A stretch of DNA of 41,786 nt, from contig CALBSY010000298.1 of assembly GCA_937967725.1 (NCBI GenBank), positions 1 to 41,786 on the forward strand, given 5' to 3'. Below, piece by piece: positions 15,840-24,569 of the stretch. Position 1 is the stretch's first letter, and every line of letters begins with the position of its first letter. This DNA is from an uncultured Alphaproteobacteria bacterium (GTDB taxonomy: Bacteria > Pseudomonadota > Alphaproteobacteria > Caulobacterales > Aquidulcibacteraceae). The translations under genes and the position numbers were made by a program. The notes beneath the pieces were generated by a model. It saw only the letters and a list, made by a program, of their open reading frames with translations, was not told the DNA's origin and searched no databases.

Positions 15840-16694
15840 ATGCAAGCCCTCGCTGAAAACCCGCGCGCCGTGATCGGCCACAACCAGGCGGACGATTTCG
15901 ATTTCATCTCCGCGCGCATGATCGAGCGCGGCGCGCGCATCATCCAATGGGTGTGGCCTCAGCTTGACGATGTGCTGGCCAAGCGCAAGGGCGGGATCAC
16001 GCTGGGCGCGCGCCATGTGCTGTTCTACTGCCTGCGCGATGTGGTTCCCCAGGCGGTGCTGGCCGACTTCGCCGGGCTCAACCGCAAGACTGCGGGGGAG
16101 GGCGCGCAACGCCCGGCCGCTTGGGCCGAAGAGGACGAATGGTTCGCGGAGCACTTGGAGCGCGTGCGCCAGCTCGTGGTGGGCTACGCCCATTTGGATG
16201 AGCAAGCCTTTGCCGAGCGCCTGGTTGAGCTCGTGGACACAGATCCATACCGGCGACGGCTCGAGCAGCAGCGCAAGGACCACGAGATGGCGGCACAGGA
16301 GGCAGAGCGCGCCGCCGCGGAATTGGAGGAGCGCAAAAGGATACGGGGGCTGGCCTCGCTCAAGCGCTCGCTCAAAGGCAACCCGCGCGCGGACGCCATC
16401 ATGGCCGAGCAGTATGGAGCCAGGCACATCGCCAAGACGCTCTCACGGGAGGCGCTGGGCGTGCTCGCCACCATCCACGCCAAGGAAGCAAAGCACCTCC
16501 GCCAGCCCACCAGCGCCTATTGCGAGATGGGTTTGCGCGAGTGCCTGAGGCTCGGGATCGCGCGCAACGCTGAGCCGCACCTGTCCAAATCCACCGATCC
16601 GATCATAGGCCCAACCCAGTTCGGAGCCCGCGTTTACGCCGAAGCGTTGGGGCTTGAGCTTGTCGTGAAGCCCAAGCGAAACGCCGCTTCCTGA
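15840..16694 (+). CDS. Putative transcription regulator with DnaA C-terminal-like HTH, coiled coil and possible C-terminal winged helix
   Basis: ARHVLFYCLR...LADFAGLNRKTAGEG...EDEWFAEHLERV resembles DnaA domain IV; last gene before the late region. Confidence 0.6.
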   Translation: MQALAENPRAVIGHNQADDFDFISARMIERGARIIQWVWPQLDDVLAKRKGGITLGARHVLFYCLRDVVPQAVLADFAGLNRKTAGEGAQRPAAWAEEDEWFAEHLERVRQLVVGYAHLDEQAFAERLVELVDTDPYRRRLEQQRKDHEMAAQEAERAAAELEERKRIRGLASLKRSLKGNPRADAIMAEQYGARHIAKTLSREALGVLATIHAKEAKHLRQPTSAYCEMGLRECLRLGIARNAEPHLSKSTDPIIGPTQFGARVYAEALGLELVVKPKRNAAS

Positions 16695-16725
16695 ACCCCT
16701 CAGCCAACCCCCGTTCTGGTATTAT
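16692..16725 (+). promoter_or_regulatory. Late-promoter motif 1 (TGAACCCCTC-N18-TATTAT)
   Basis: Member of a six-copy family. Confidence 0.65.
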
Positions 16726-16843
16726 TCTATGGTCAGAGCCGACATCGCCCGACGTTGACGCGCTCGCACACAAAGTTGGTATTTGGAACGGAGTGGCCAG
16801 GAATGTTCGGGCGGTTGCGGACTGATTGGGTGCGGGGTGTGTG

Positions 16844-17122
16844 ATGGAGGTAACTCTTCCCCTCGACCTCCTCATAGAGGGCGCGGTCCTGGTCGCAGCG
16901 CTCGCCGGCATCTGGGCAATGGTCAAGTCAGAACTGAGAGACCTTCGCCGCCAAGTGGACGCGCACGGCCCAGATGTCAGAAAGATCATCCCCCTCGAAA
17001 CCCGCATAGAGCAATTCGAGAAGCGCATAGACGACGCAGTGGCAGGCCTCCGCGCTGACATGAAGGGCGTCGCCGCAGGCCTCCAGGAACTCGCCGTGGC
17101 TGTCGCGAGAAAAACCCAATGA
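16844..17122 (+). CDS. Membrane protein (one TM plus coiled coil), possibly lysis-related
   Basis: LLIEGAVLVAALAGIWAMV followed by heptad repeats. Confidence 0.7.
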   Translation: MEVTLPLDLLIEGAVLVAALAGIWAMVKSELRDLRRQVDAHGPDVRKIIPLETRIEQFEKRIDDAVAGLRADMKGVAAGLQELAVAVARKTQ

Positions 17123-17334
17123 CCGCCCCACGCTATTACCCCCGCTACCACTCCAAAGCCCAAAACTTCCAAGGCGACCTCTATGTCGTGATCGACTCCC
17201 GCATCAACGAAGAGGTCTCTTCCCCTAAGCCCTATCACGACGCGAACAATGAAGCCGGCCAGAGAAACGAGGGCACATTCGGCGCACTCTCCATGGCTGA
17301 CTGGGTTCCGGGGATGAACTTGCCCGCGCCATGA
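17119..17334 (+). CDS. Hypothetical protein
   Basis: ATGA overlap; stop lies in motif 2. Confidence 0.6.
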   Translation: MTAPRYYPRYHSKAQNFQGDLYVVIDSRINEEVSSPKPYHDANNEAGQRNEGTFGALSMADWVPGMNLPAP

Positions 17335-17365
17335 ACCCCGCGCATTTGATTTCACGCCTGATAAT
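17332..17365 (+). promoter_or_regulatory. Late-promoter motif 2 (TGAACCCCGC-N18-GATAAT) upstream of terS
   Basis: Read directly. Confidence 0.75.
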
Positions 17366-17374
17366 TCAAACGTC

Positions 17375-17869
17375 ATGGCTGAAATCAAACAGTCCAAGCG
17401 CGGCGGCGCTCGCAACGGGGCAGGGCGTAAGCCCAAGGCCTCCAGCGACGAGCCAGCCAAGATGGGCCGCCCCAGCCATTTCACCCAGGACATTGCCGAT
17501 CGCATCTGCCTCATGCTGGCGGAGGGTAAGACCCTCACTAAGATATGCGACATGGCGGACATGCCCGACCGCTCCACTGAATGGAGATGGAGGCAGGCGC
17601 GCGAGGACTATCGCAACGCTGTCGCACGCGCGAGAGAGGAAAGGGCGCACGCCTGGGCCGAAGAGGTGGTGGACATCACCGATGATTGCCCGGTCGATAC
17701 GGCTTCTGTGGCCAAGGCCAGGCTCCGGGTGGACGCGCGGCTCAAGATCATGGCCAAGCACGCGCCCAGCCTCTACGGCGACAAAGCGTCAGTGGAGGTG
17801 ACCGGCAAGGATGGCGGCCCGGTAGTGACAGAGGTTCGGCGTGTCATCGTTGACCCTGCAAACGCCTAG
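17375..17869 (+). CDS. terS: Terminase small subunit (Sf6-like)
   Basis: MGRPSHFTQDIADRICLMLAEGKTLTKIC...MPDRST, ARLRVDAR, YGDK, EVTGKDGGP. Confidence 0.92.
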   Translation: MAEIKQSKRGGARNGAGRKPKASSDEPAKMGRPSHFTQDIADRICLMLAEGKTLTKICDMADMPDRSTEWRWRQAREDYRNAVARAREERAHAWAEEVVDITDDCPVDTASVAKARLRVDARLKIMAKHAPSLYGDKASVEVTGKDGGPVVTEVRRVIVDPANA

Positions 17870-19163
17870 GGTCTTTGCGCCGCTGCTTGAGCCGTCTCGG
17901 TACAAGGGCGCGCATGGAGGCCGGGGCTCGGGCAAGTCCCATTTTTTTGCCGAACTCATGCTTGAGCGCGCGCTGATGAAGCCGGGGTTTCGCGGGGTGT
18001 GTATCCGCGAAGTGCAAAAGACCCTGGCCCAATCCAACAAGAAGCTGCTCGAGGACAAGATCGCAGAGCACGGGCTGGCGCGCGAGGGCTTCAAGCCCTG
18101 GAACGACTGCATCGAGACCCCGGGCGATGGGATCATCCTGTTTCAGGGGATGCAGAACCACACCGCGGAGTCGATCAAGTCGCTGGAAGGGATCGACGTG
18201 GCCGACATCGAGGAGGCCCAGACCCTCAGCGATCACAGCCTCACGCTGCTGCGCCCGACCATTCGCGCGCCGGGCTCGGAGATATGGGGGCGCTGGAACC
18301 CGCGCCGCAAGAAAGACCCCATCGATGTGTTCCTGCGCCAGAACCGGCCCGGCAACGCCATCGTGGTGCAAGCCAATTGGCGCGACAACCCGTGGTTCCC
18401 GCCAGAGCTGAACGAAGAACGTCTGCTGGATCTGGAGAAGTACCCCGATCGCTACGAGCACGTCTGGGAGGGCGGCTACGTCACCGTGTTCGAGGGGGCC
18501 TATTACGCCAAGTGGATCGCCAAGGCCAAATCCGAGGGGCGCATCACCGAGATTTCGCGCGACAGCCTGGCGGAGGTGCGCGCCTATTTCGACCTCGGCG
18601 GCTCCGGGGCTGTGGCGGACGCAACCGCTATCTGGATCGTGCAATTCGTCGGCATGAAGATCCTGATCCTCGACTACATCGAGGGGGTGGGCCAGGTGCT
18701 CGGCTATTACGCCGGACAATTGCGGGCGCGCGGCTGGCAGGATGCGCTGTGCGTTCTGCCTCACGACGCCAGCCAGGTTCACGCCGACAATCCCACCGGG
18801 GTCAATTACGCCGCGCAGATGAAGGCGGCCGGGTTTCGCACCCGCACCGTTCCCAATGCGGGGAAGGGGGCCGCCATGCTGCGCATCGAGGCCGGCCGGC
18901 GCTGGTTCGACCGCATGTATTTCAACACCACCAAGGGCGCCGATGGGGTGGACGCAACCGAGGCGGGCCGTGAAGCGCTCGGCGCCTATCACGAGAAGCG
19001 CTCGACCGATGATCGGGACGTAGGTCTTGGCCCCAACCATGACTGGTCATCGCACGGGGCCGATGCGTTCGGCCTGATGGCGCTCGATTACCGGGAGCCG
19101 AGCGATCACATTCGCAATGGCAGGCCCAGCCATTATCGCACCGGCGGGGCGATCTTGGGCTGA
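17841..19163 (+). CDS. terL: Terminase large subunit
   Basis: Walker A GGRGSGKS, CIREVQ, IEEAQ, WNP, FDLG, C-terminal HDWSSHGADAF. Confidence 0.97.
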   Translation: MSSLTLQTPRVFAPLLEPSRYKGAHGGRGSGKSHFFAELMLERALMKPGFRGVCIREVQKTLAQSNKKLLEDKIAEHGLAREGFKPWNDCIETPGDGIILFQGMQNHTAESIKSLEGIDVADIEEAQTLSDHSLTLLRPTIRAPGSEIWGRWNPRRKKDPIDVFLRQNRPGNAIVVQANWRDNPWFPPELNEERLLDLEKYPDRYEHVWEGGYVTVFEGAYYAKWIAKAKSEGRITEISRDSLAEVRAYFDLGGSGAVADATAIWIVQFVGMKILILDYIEGVGQVLGYYAGQLRARGWQDALCVLPHDASQVHADNPTGVNYAAQMKAAGFRTRTVPNAGKGAAMLRIEAGRRWFDRMYFNTTKGADGVDATEAGREALGAYHEKRSTDDRDVGLGPNHDWSSHGADAFGLMALDYREPSDHIRNGRPSHYRTGGAILG

Positions 19164-19194
19164 ACCCCGCGCAAGTCCTTGGCGGGATTATCCT
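19161..19194 (+). promoter_or_regulatory. Late-promoter motif 3 (TGAACCCCGC-N18-TATCCT)
   Basis: Read directly. Confidence 0.72.
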
Positions 19195-19200
19195 GACCCC

Positions 19201-19413
19201 ATGTCACTGTCCGGTCTGTTTGCGCTCTCGAAAACCAAGAAGCCCAAGGCGCCGGCGCAATCGCCGCCGCCTCCGCCCCCGCCCACGATCGATGAGGCGG
19301 CGATGAATGAGGAAGCGTCACGCAAATATCGCCGCCGCCGCGGCATCCGCGCCAACATCACCGGCGCGGGCGGGGAAACCGCCTCCGTCGCCTCCAAGCA
19401 ACTCCTGGGGTAA
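19201..19413 (+). CDS. Small Pro-rich virion-associated protein preceding the portal gene
   Basis: PPPPPPP...RRRRGIRANI...KQLLG C-terminus typical of pre-portal genes in this phage group. Confidence 0.8.
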   Translation: MSLSGLFALSKTKKPKAPAQSPPPPPPPTIDEAAMNEEASRKYRRRRGIRANITGAGGETASVASKQLLG

Positions 19414-19417
19414 GCCC

Positions 19418-21124
19418 TTGGCCTATGACGCCAATTCGGTAGAGGGCCGCGAACGCGCCGAGACCCTGATGCGCCGGCACGCCGAGATGGAGAGCGAGCG
19501 CGCCAATTGGGATATTCTGTGGGAGCGGATAGCCGAGATCGTATTCCCGCGCGCCTCGGAAGCCTTCATCACCAAGCCCCAATACCAGGGCGAGCTGAAA
19601 GGGGAGAAGGTTTTCGACAACACCCCGACCCTGGCGCTGGATAAGTTCGCCAGCGCAACGGGATCGATGCTCACCCCAGACACCGGCCAATGGCATGGCC
19701 TGCGCGCTACGGATGAGGATCTGCAGGACGACGAAGAGGTCAAGGAATATCTGGAACTGGCCGCGCGCATGCTGTTTGACGCGCGCTACGCTCCGCACAC
19801 CAATTTCTCATCCCAGGCGCACGAGTGCTGGCTTTCCAACGGAGCCTTCGGCACCTGCGCCATGTTTGTGGATGAGGCGCTGGGGCGCAATCTGCGCTAT
19901 CGCTCCATGCACCTCTCCCAAATCTACATCGGGGAAAACCACCAGGGCCAGATCGATCGCGTCCACCGCGGCAAGTTCCGGCTCAAGGCCTACCAGGTCG
20001 CCCAGCACGCCAACGACCCCAACCCCAGCCGTCGCTGGGCCATTCCGCCTTGCGTGCAAAAGGCGCTCGACTCCAACCGGCCCAACGATGAGTTCGAGTT
20101 CCTGCATTGCGTCTATCCGAACCTGGCGGTGGACGATCGCTTTGCCGACTTTCGCGGCATGGCCTACACCAGCGTTTACATTTCCTGCACCGACAAGATG
20201 ATCGTGCATGAGGGCGGCTATCGCACCATGCCGTATGCTGTGGGCCGCTACACCACCGGCCCTGGCGAGACCTATGGCCGCTCTCCCGCAATGACGGTGT
20301 TCCGCGACATCCTCATGCTGCAGGAGATGAACAAGAGCGTCATCCGCCAGGCGCAACTGAGCCTCGAGCCGCCGCTGCTGCTGTCGGATGAAACCGCTCT
20401 TGCGCCCTGGCAGATGGACCCCAAGGCGCTCAATTACGGCTACCTCACCGAGGATGGGACGCCGCTGGTGCAAGCGCTCCGGCCCGAGGGCGATCTTGGG
20501 GTCGGGCTCGAAATGATCCAAGACCGCCGCCAAGCGGTCAATGACGCCTTCTTGGTGACGCTGTTCCAAATCCTGGTGGACCGGCCAAATATCACCGCCA
20601 CCGAAGCGCTGCTCCGCGCCCAGGAGAAGGGCCAGCTTCTTGGCCCCACGCTGGGCCGGCAGCAAAGCGAGTTCCTGAGCACGGTGATTGAGCGCGAGCT
20701 CGACATCCTCTCCGCCGCTGGCGTGCTCCCGCCCATGCCCGATGTGCTGATGGAGCGGGGCGGGGCGGTGGCTATCGAGTTCCGCTCGCCGCTCAACAAG
20801 CTTCAGCGCGCCGATGATGCGGTCGGCATCCTGCGCGGCATCGAGGCCCTGGCCCCGATCGCGGCGGTGGATCCCACCATCTACAAGCGCATCGACCTCT
20901 CGAAAGCCTCCCGCATCGTGTTCGAGGCCAGCGGCGCTCCGGCCGATGTGCTCCGCACCGATGATGAGATCGCGGAGATGGAGGCCCAGGAACAGCAGCA
21001 GGTTGACCTGGACAATCTGGCCAGGCTGGCCCCGGCCGGCGCGCGCGCGGCCAAGGACATTGCCCAGGCTGAGGCGACGGCGGCCAATATTCCGCAACCG
21101 ATTCCGCAGGTGCAGCCCGCGTGA
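19418..21124 (+). CDS. Portal (head-tail connector) protein
   Basis: GAFGTCAMFV, GETYGRSPA, TATEALLRAQEKGQLLGPTLGRQQSEFL; TTG start inferred. Confidence 0.95.
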   Translation: MAYDANSVEGRERAETLMRRHAEMESERANWDILWERIAEIVFPRASEAFITKPQYQGELKGEKVFDNTPTLALDKFASATGSMLTPDTGQWHGLRATDEDLQDDEEVKEYLELAARMLFDARYAPHTNFSSQAHECWLSNGAFGTCAMFVDEALGRNLRYRSMHLSQIYIGENHQGQIDRVHRGKFRLKAYQVAQHANDPNPSRRWAIPPCVQKALDSNRPNDEFEFLHCVYPNLAVDDRFADFRGMAYTSVYISCTDKMIVHEGGYRTMPYAVGRYTTGPGETYGRSPAMTVFRDILMLQEMNKSVIRQAQLSLEPPLLLSDETALAPWQMDPKALNYGYLTEDGTPLVQALRPEGDLGVGLEMIQDRRQAVNDAFLVTLFQILVDRPNITATEALLRAQEKGQLLGPTLGRQQSEFLSTVIERELDILSAAGVLPPMPDVLMERGGAVAIEFRSPLNKLQRADDAVGILRGIEALAPIAAVDPTIYKRIDLSKASRIVFEASGAPADVLRTDDEIAEMEAQEQQQVDLDNLARLAPAGARAAKDIAQAEATAANIPQPIPQVQPA

Positions 21125-21543
21125 AGTTTGTAATTCTCGTTCTGTTTGTAATCGCCGCTTTGGCCTTCGTTTCCCGTGAAGCGTGGCGGCGTCTCAGCCC
21201 GCCCCGCAAGCGCGCCTTCATGGGCGCTGTGAGCCGTTCGGCGGCGCTGGTGCGCAACCAGGCCATCGCCATGCGCCAGCGCCTCATGCGCAAGCAGAGC
21301 GCGTTCAGGGCGCTGTTCCTCGGTGATGACGGCGATCTCTCCCCGCAGGGCCAGATCGCGCTCTCCCACCTCTCGCGCTTTTGTTACGCCTTCGCCACAA
21401 CCGCGCATGGCAAGGCAGACCGCGACGAGCTGATGAGACGGGAAGGGCGCCGGCAAGTCTGGATCGAGGTGATGCGCTTGCTTTCGCTTGATCCGGTGGA
21501 TGCGCTCAACGCGGCCAAGCTGGATGAGCCTGTGCTGGGCTGA
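21121..21543 (+). CDS. Bbp19-like protein with hydrophobic N-terminus
   Basis: GQIALSHLSRFC...REGRRQVWIEV; located between portal and scaffold. Confidence 0.75.
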   Translation: MKFVILVLFVIAALAFVSREAWRRLSPPRKRAFMGAVSRSAALVRNQAIAMRQRLMRKQSAFRALFLGDDGDLSPQGQIALSHLSRFCYAFATTAHGKADRDELMRREGRRQVWIEVMRLLSLDPVDALNAAKLDEPVLG

Positions 21544-21573
21544 ACCCCGCCCGCGCGAATAACCCCCGACACT
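21541..21573 (+). promoter_or_regulatory. Late-promoter motif 4 (TGAACCCCGC-N17-GACACT) upstream of the scaffold gene
   Basis: Box exact; -10 weaker and one base closer. Confidence 0.6.
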
Positions 21574-21608
21574 GAGGCTTCCTCCAACCAGTGAAGGAAG
21601 CTTTTTGC

Positions 21609-22505
21609 ATGTCAACTGAACCCGCGTCCCCGGCGCAAGCCGGCCAAGGCGCTGAAGGACAAGTCTCTCCTCCGGCGCAACCAAACCCGGAAGCCTCCGC
21701 AACCCCGCCCGAGCCGCCGCCGGAGCCGTTCTACAAATCGCTCAAGGACGAAACCTTGCGCGGCTACGCCGAACTCAAGGGCTACAAGCAGACCGATGGC
21801 GTGGCCTTCTCCGAGGCGCTGCTCAAATCCTACCAGAACCTCGAAAAGCTGCGCGGCGTTCCCGCCGAGCGGCTGCTGACGCTGCCTGAGAACTTGGAAG
21901 ATGCCGAGGCCATGGGCCCGATCCGCGAGCGGCTGGGCTTTGCTCCCCCGAAAGAGGCCAAGGAATACGGCTTCGCAACGGTCGAAGGGGTGGACCCCAA
22001 CCGCGCCACAGTGCTCGAGGGCCTGGCGCACAAGCACGGCGTTCCCGCCAAGATGGCGCAAGGCTTCTTCCAAGAGCTGGCGCAGCTTGAGAAAGCCGAG
22101 ATCACCGCGCAGGAGACCAAGTACGCCGAGGAACTGGCGGCTGAAAAGTCCAGCCTCAAGAGCGATCTGGGCGACAAGTGGGATGCGTTCCTGGAGACCG
22201 CCCGGCGCGCGCAGCGCCGGTTCGGGCTCGATGACGAAGGCATCGCCGCGCTCGAGGACTCGCTCGGCTATGCCAAGGCCATGCGCTACTTCGCCCAGGT
22301 GGGCGAGGCCATGGGCGAAGCCCCCGTCATCGGCGCGGAGAAAAAGGACTCGGCCTTCATGGGCCCCGAGGCCGCCAAGGTCCGCATCGCGGAACTCAAA
22401 TCCAACCAGGAATGGGTGGGCCGCTACCTGGCCGGCGACAAGGCTGCTCAGGCTGAAATGCGCCGCCTGCAGGAAATCGCACACCCCGGAGTTAAAACGT
22501 CATGA
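21609..22505 (+). CDS. Capsid scaffolding/assembly protein
   Basis: Pro/Ala-rich N-terminus, LLKSYQNLEKL, helical body; position before the capsid gene. Confidence 0.85.
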   Translation: MSTEPASPAQAGQGAEGQVSPPAQPNPEASATPPEPPPEPFYKSLKDETLRGYAELKGYKQTDGVAFSEALLKSYQNLEKLRGVPAERLLTLPENLEDAEAMGPIRERLGFAPPKEAKEYGFATVEGVDPNRATVLEGLAHKHGVPAKMAQGFFQELAQLEKAEITAQETKYAEELAAEKSSLKSDLGDKWDAFLETARRAQRRFGLDDEGIAALEDSLGYAKAMRYFAQVGEAMGEAPVIGAEKKDSAFMGPEAAKVRIAELKSNQEWVGRYLAGDKAAQAEMRRLQEIAHPGVKTS

Positions 22506-22699
22506 TCCAAGGTCTTTCCAAGCGGGCGCTGCTGCGCCTTGAACTCATCCGCATCGTGGATTCCGATGGCCGCGTGGTCTCGGCCAACCTCCAGCGCGTG
22601 TACGAATACGAGAAAGCGTTTGAGGCCCTGCTCGAGGACGAGCCGCAGGCCGAGGCTTCAGCCCCGACGCCGGCCAAGGTCGCCGCCAAGAAGGGCTGA
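22502..22699 (+). CDS. Small hypothetical protein
   Basis: ATGA overlap; stop lies in motif 5. Confidence 0.6.
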   Translation: MIQGLSKRALLRLELIRIVDSDGRVVSANLQRVYEYEKAFEALLEDEPQAEASAPTPAKVAAKKG

Positions 22700-22730
22700 A
22701 CCCCGCACGCTTAAAACCGCGCTTCATAAT
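22697..22730 (+). promoter_or_regulatory. Late-promoter motif 5 (TGAACCCCGC-N18-CATAAT) upstream of the capsid gene
   Basis: Read directly. Confidence 0.78.
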
Positions 22731-22872
22731 GCTCATCACTGGGACAACCGCATGCGGCCCCGGTGATGAGCGTGAATCGCTCGGCTGCGCCCGCCTCAGG
22801 GCGTAGGGGCCCCAACGGACAACCCCGCTCCAAACCCAAGGATCAACAACCCTCTGAGCGGGGATACGCACA
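22731..22872 (+). promoter_or_regulatory. Structured 5' leader of the capsid gene (four hairpins, duplicated GGACAACC/GGCCC loop)
   Basis: Base-pairing traced manually. Confidence 0.65.
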
Positions 22873-23751
22873 ATGTCGGCCAATTTGCCTTCCCATTTCG
22901 TGGAGACCTACGCCACGAACATGCAGCTTTTGCTGCAGCAAAAAGACTGCCGCTTCCTGCCCTACGTGATGACCGGAACCCATGTCGGGACCGGCGCCGC
23001 GGCGGTGGATCAAGTCGGCACGATCGAAACCCAGGACGTGACCAGCCGCTATCCGGACATCACCCAACAGGATGTGCCGGTTGATCGCCGCTGGGTCTAT
23101 CCGCAAGCCAAGTACACCTCGTTCCTGATCGACAAGTTCGAGGAACTGCAAACCCTCATCGACCCCAAGGCGAGCTACACCGAGACCGCCGCCAACGCCA
23201 TGCGCCGCAAGAAAGATGACGTCATCATCGACGCCTTCTTCGCCGCGGCCGCGACCGGCACGCGCGGGGGCACCTCCACCTCGTTCCCTTCGGCCCAGCA
23301 GGTCGGTGTGGACGTGGGCGGCACGGCCTCTGGCCTCAACGTGGAAAAGCTGCTGGCGGGCCAGGAAATCCTGCGCGCCGGCCATGTTGATCCCGATGAG
23401 CCGGTGTTCTGCGCCCTGGCGGCCAAGCAGATCCGCGATCTGATGAAGGAAGTCCAGGTCACATCGTCTGACTTCAACAACGTCAAGCCGTTGGCTGAAG
23501 GCAAGATCGTGTCGTTCCTGGGCATCACCTTCATTCCCACCCAGCGCCTCGACGTGGACGGCTCCAGCCGCCGGCGTCTGCCGATGTGGGTGAAGTCCGG
23601 CATGCACTTCGGCGTGTGGCAGGACGTCTCCACCGACATCAGTCAGCGCCGCGATAAGGTCGGCCACCCCTGGCAGGTCTATCACGACATGATGATCGGC
23701 GCGACCCGGCTCGAAGAGGGCAAGGTCGTTGAGATCAAGTGCGCTGAGTGA
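22873..23751 (+). CDS. Major capsid protein
   Basis: FVETYATNMQLLLQQK, AANAMRRKKDDVII, VTSSDFN, SFLGITFI, GATRLEEGKVV. Confidence 0.93.
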   Translation: MSANLPSHFVETYATNMQLLLQQKDCRFLPYVMTGTHVGTGAAAVDQVGTIETQDVTSRYPDITQQDVPVDRRWVYPQAKYTSFLIDKFEELQTLIDPKASYTETAANAMRRKKDDVIIDAFFAAAATGTRGGTSTSFPSAQQVGVDVGGTASGLNVEKLLAGQEILRAGHVDPDEPVFCALAAKQIRDLMKEVQVTSSDFNNVKPLAEGKIVSFLGITFIPTQRLDVDGSSRRRLPMWVKSGMHFGVWQDVSTDISQRRDKVGHPWQVYHDMMIGATRLEEGKVVEIKCAE

Positions 23752-23778
23752 TCGACAGAGATTTGAGGAGATAAGACT

Positions 23779-24303
23779 ATGGCTGTAGCCAACACCAAAT
23801 CCACCTCGGTCACGAACGCGGACAACACCGGCACGGCGTCTCACGCCTTCTCGGCCGCGCTTCGCACCGGGTACGAGCCTCGCACCGCCATGGAAACGGC
23901 GGCGGTGCTTGCGGCTGACGACGACACCAGCGTCTATCGCTTCTTCCGGGTTCGCTCGGACGCGATCATCACCTCAATCGAGGTGTATAACGACGCCATC
24001 ACCTCCGGCACCGATTACGATTTCGGGGTCTATCAGACGGCCGGCAATGGCGGCGCGGTCGTGGACGCCGATCTCTTCGCTGATGGGGTGGATATGTCGT
24101 CCGCGCGCGTCACGCCCTTGCAGGTGCGTTTCAACGACACCGCCACGGCCAAGATCGAAGAGTTCACCAAGCCGCTCTGGCAGCTTCTGGGGCTCTCCGC
24201 CGATCCCAAGCGTGATTACGACCTCTGCTGGACCGCCAACACGGTGGGCTCGGCGGCCGGCGACATCACGACCAAGATCGAGATGTATCTGCCCGGCGCG
24301 TAA
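23779..24303 (+). CDS. Capsid cement/decoration protein
   Basis: Beta-rich 174-aa protein directly after the capsid gene; GAGGAG RBS. Confidence 0.75.
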   Translation: MAVANTKSTSVTNADNTGTASHAFSAALRTGYEPRTAMETAAVLAADDDTSVYRFFRVRSDAIITSIEVYNDAITSGTDYDFGVYQTAGNGGAVVDADLFADGVDMSSARVTPLQVRFNDTATAKIEEFTKPLWQLLGLSADPKRDYDLCWTANTVGSAAGDITTKIEMYLPGA

Positions 24304-24311
24304 TGCAGGGA

Positions 24312-24336
24312 GGGGCGGGGCCTAAAGCTCCGCCCC
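24312..24336 (+). terminator. GC-rich hairpin after the capsid/cement genes (no U tract)
   Basis: GGGGCGGGGC-CTAAA-GCTCCGCCCC. Confidence 0.4.
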
Positions 24337-24357
24337 AACCGCTTGGAGAAGTGTGCA

Positions 24358-24555
24358 ATGACGGATCGTTTTTACAGCGTCGTGCTGGGCGAGAGCGCCC
24401 CGCAAGAGGTGACGGAAGGCAGTTCCACCTCGAGCGAGGCGATCGAGCTGCGCGTTGAGTTCGACGCCAGCGGCATGAACAAAGCAGCGGTGGTGCTCGG
24501 GCTGGAGGCGATCAAAGCCTACATCCTGCGCGACGCCTGGCCGCCGAACACTTAA
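24358..24555 (+). CDS. Small virion-associated protein
   Basis: GGAG upstream of ATG 24358; structural context. Confidence 0.7.
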   Translation: MTDRFYSVVLGESAPQEVTEGSSTSSEAIELRVEFDASGMNKAAVVLGLEAIKAYILRDAWPPNT

Positions 24556-24569
24556 GGGGCTTAAAGGCA

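Noticed and set aside
19260-19284. CCG-rich tandem run as a contingency repeat
   Set aside because: It encodes the poly-Pro tract of the pre-portal protein with mixed codons
21617-21626. TGAACCCGCG as a seventh late box
   Set aside because: One C short, inside the scaffold coding sequence, and no -10-like hexamer at the expected distance
24552-24564. TTAA-GGGGC-TTAA as a CtrA site
   Set aside because: Spacer is 5 nt rather than 7, and it overlaps a stop codon and RBS region
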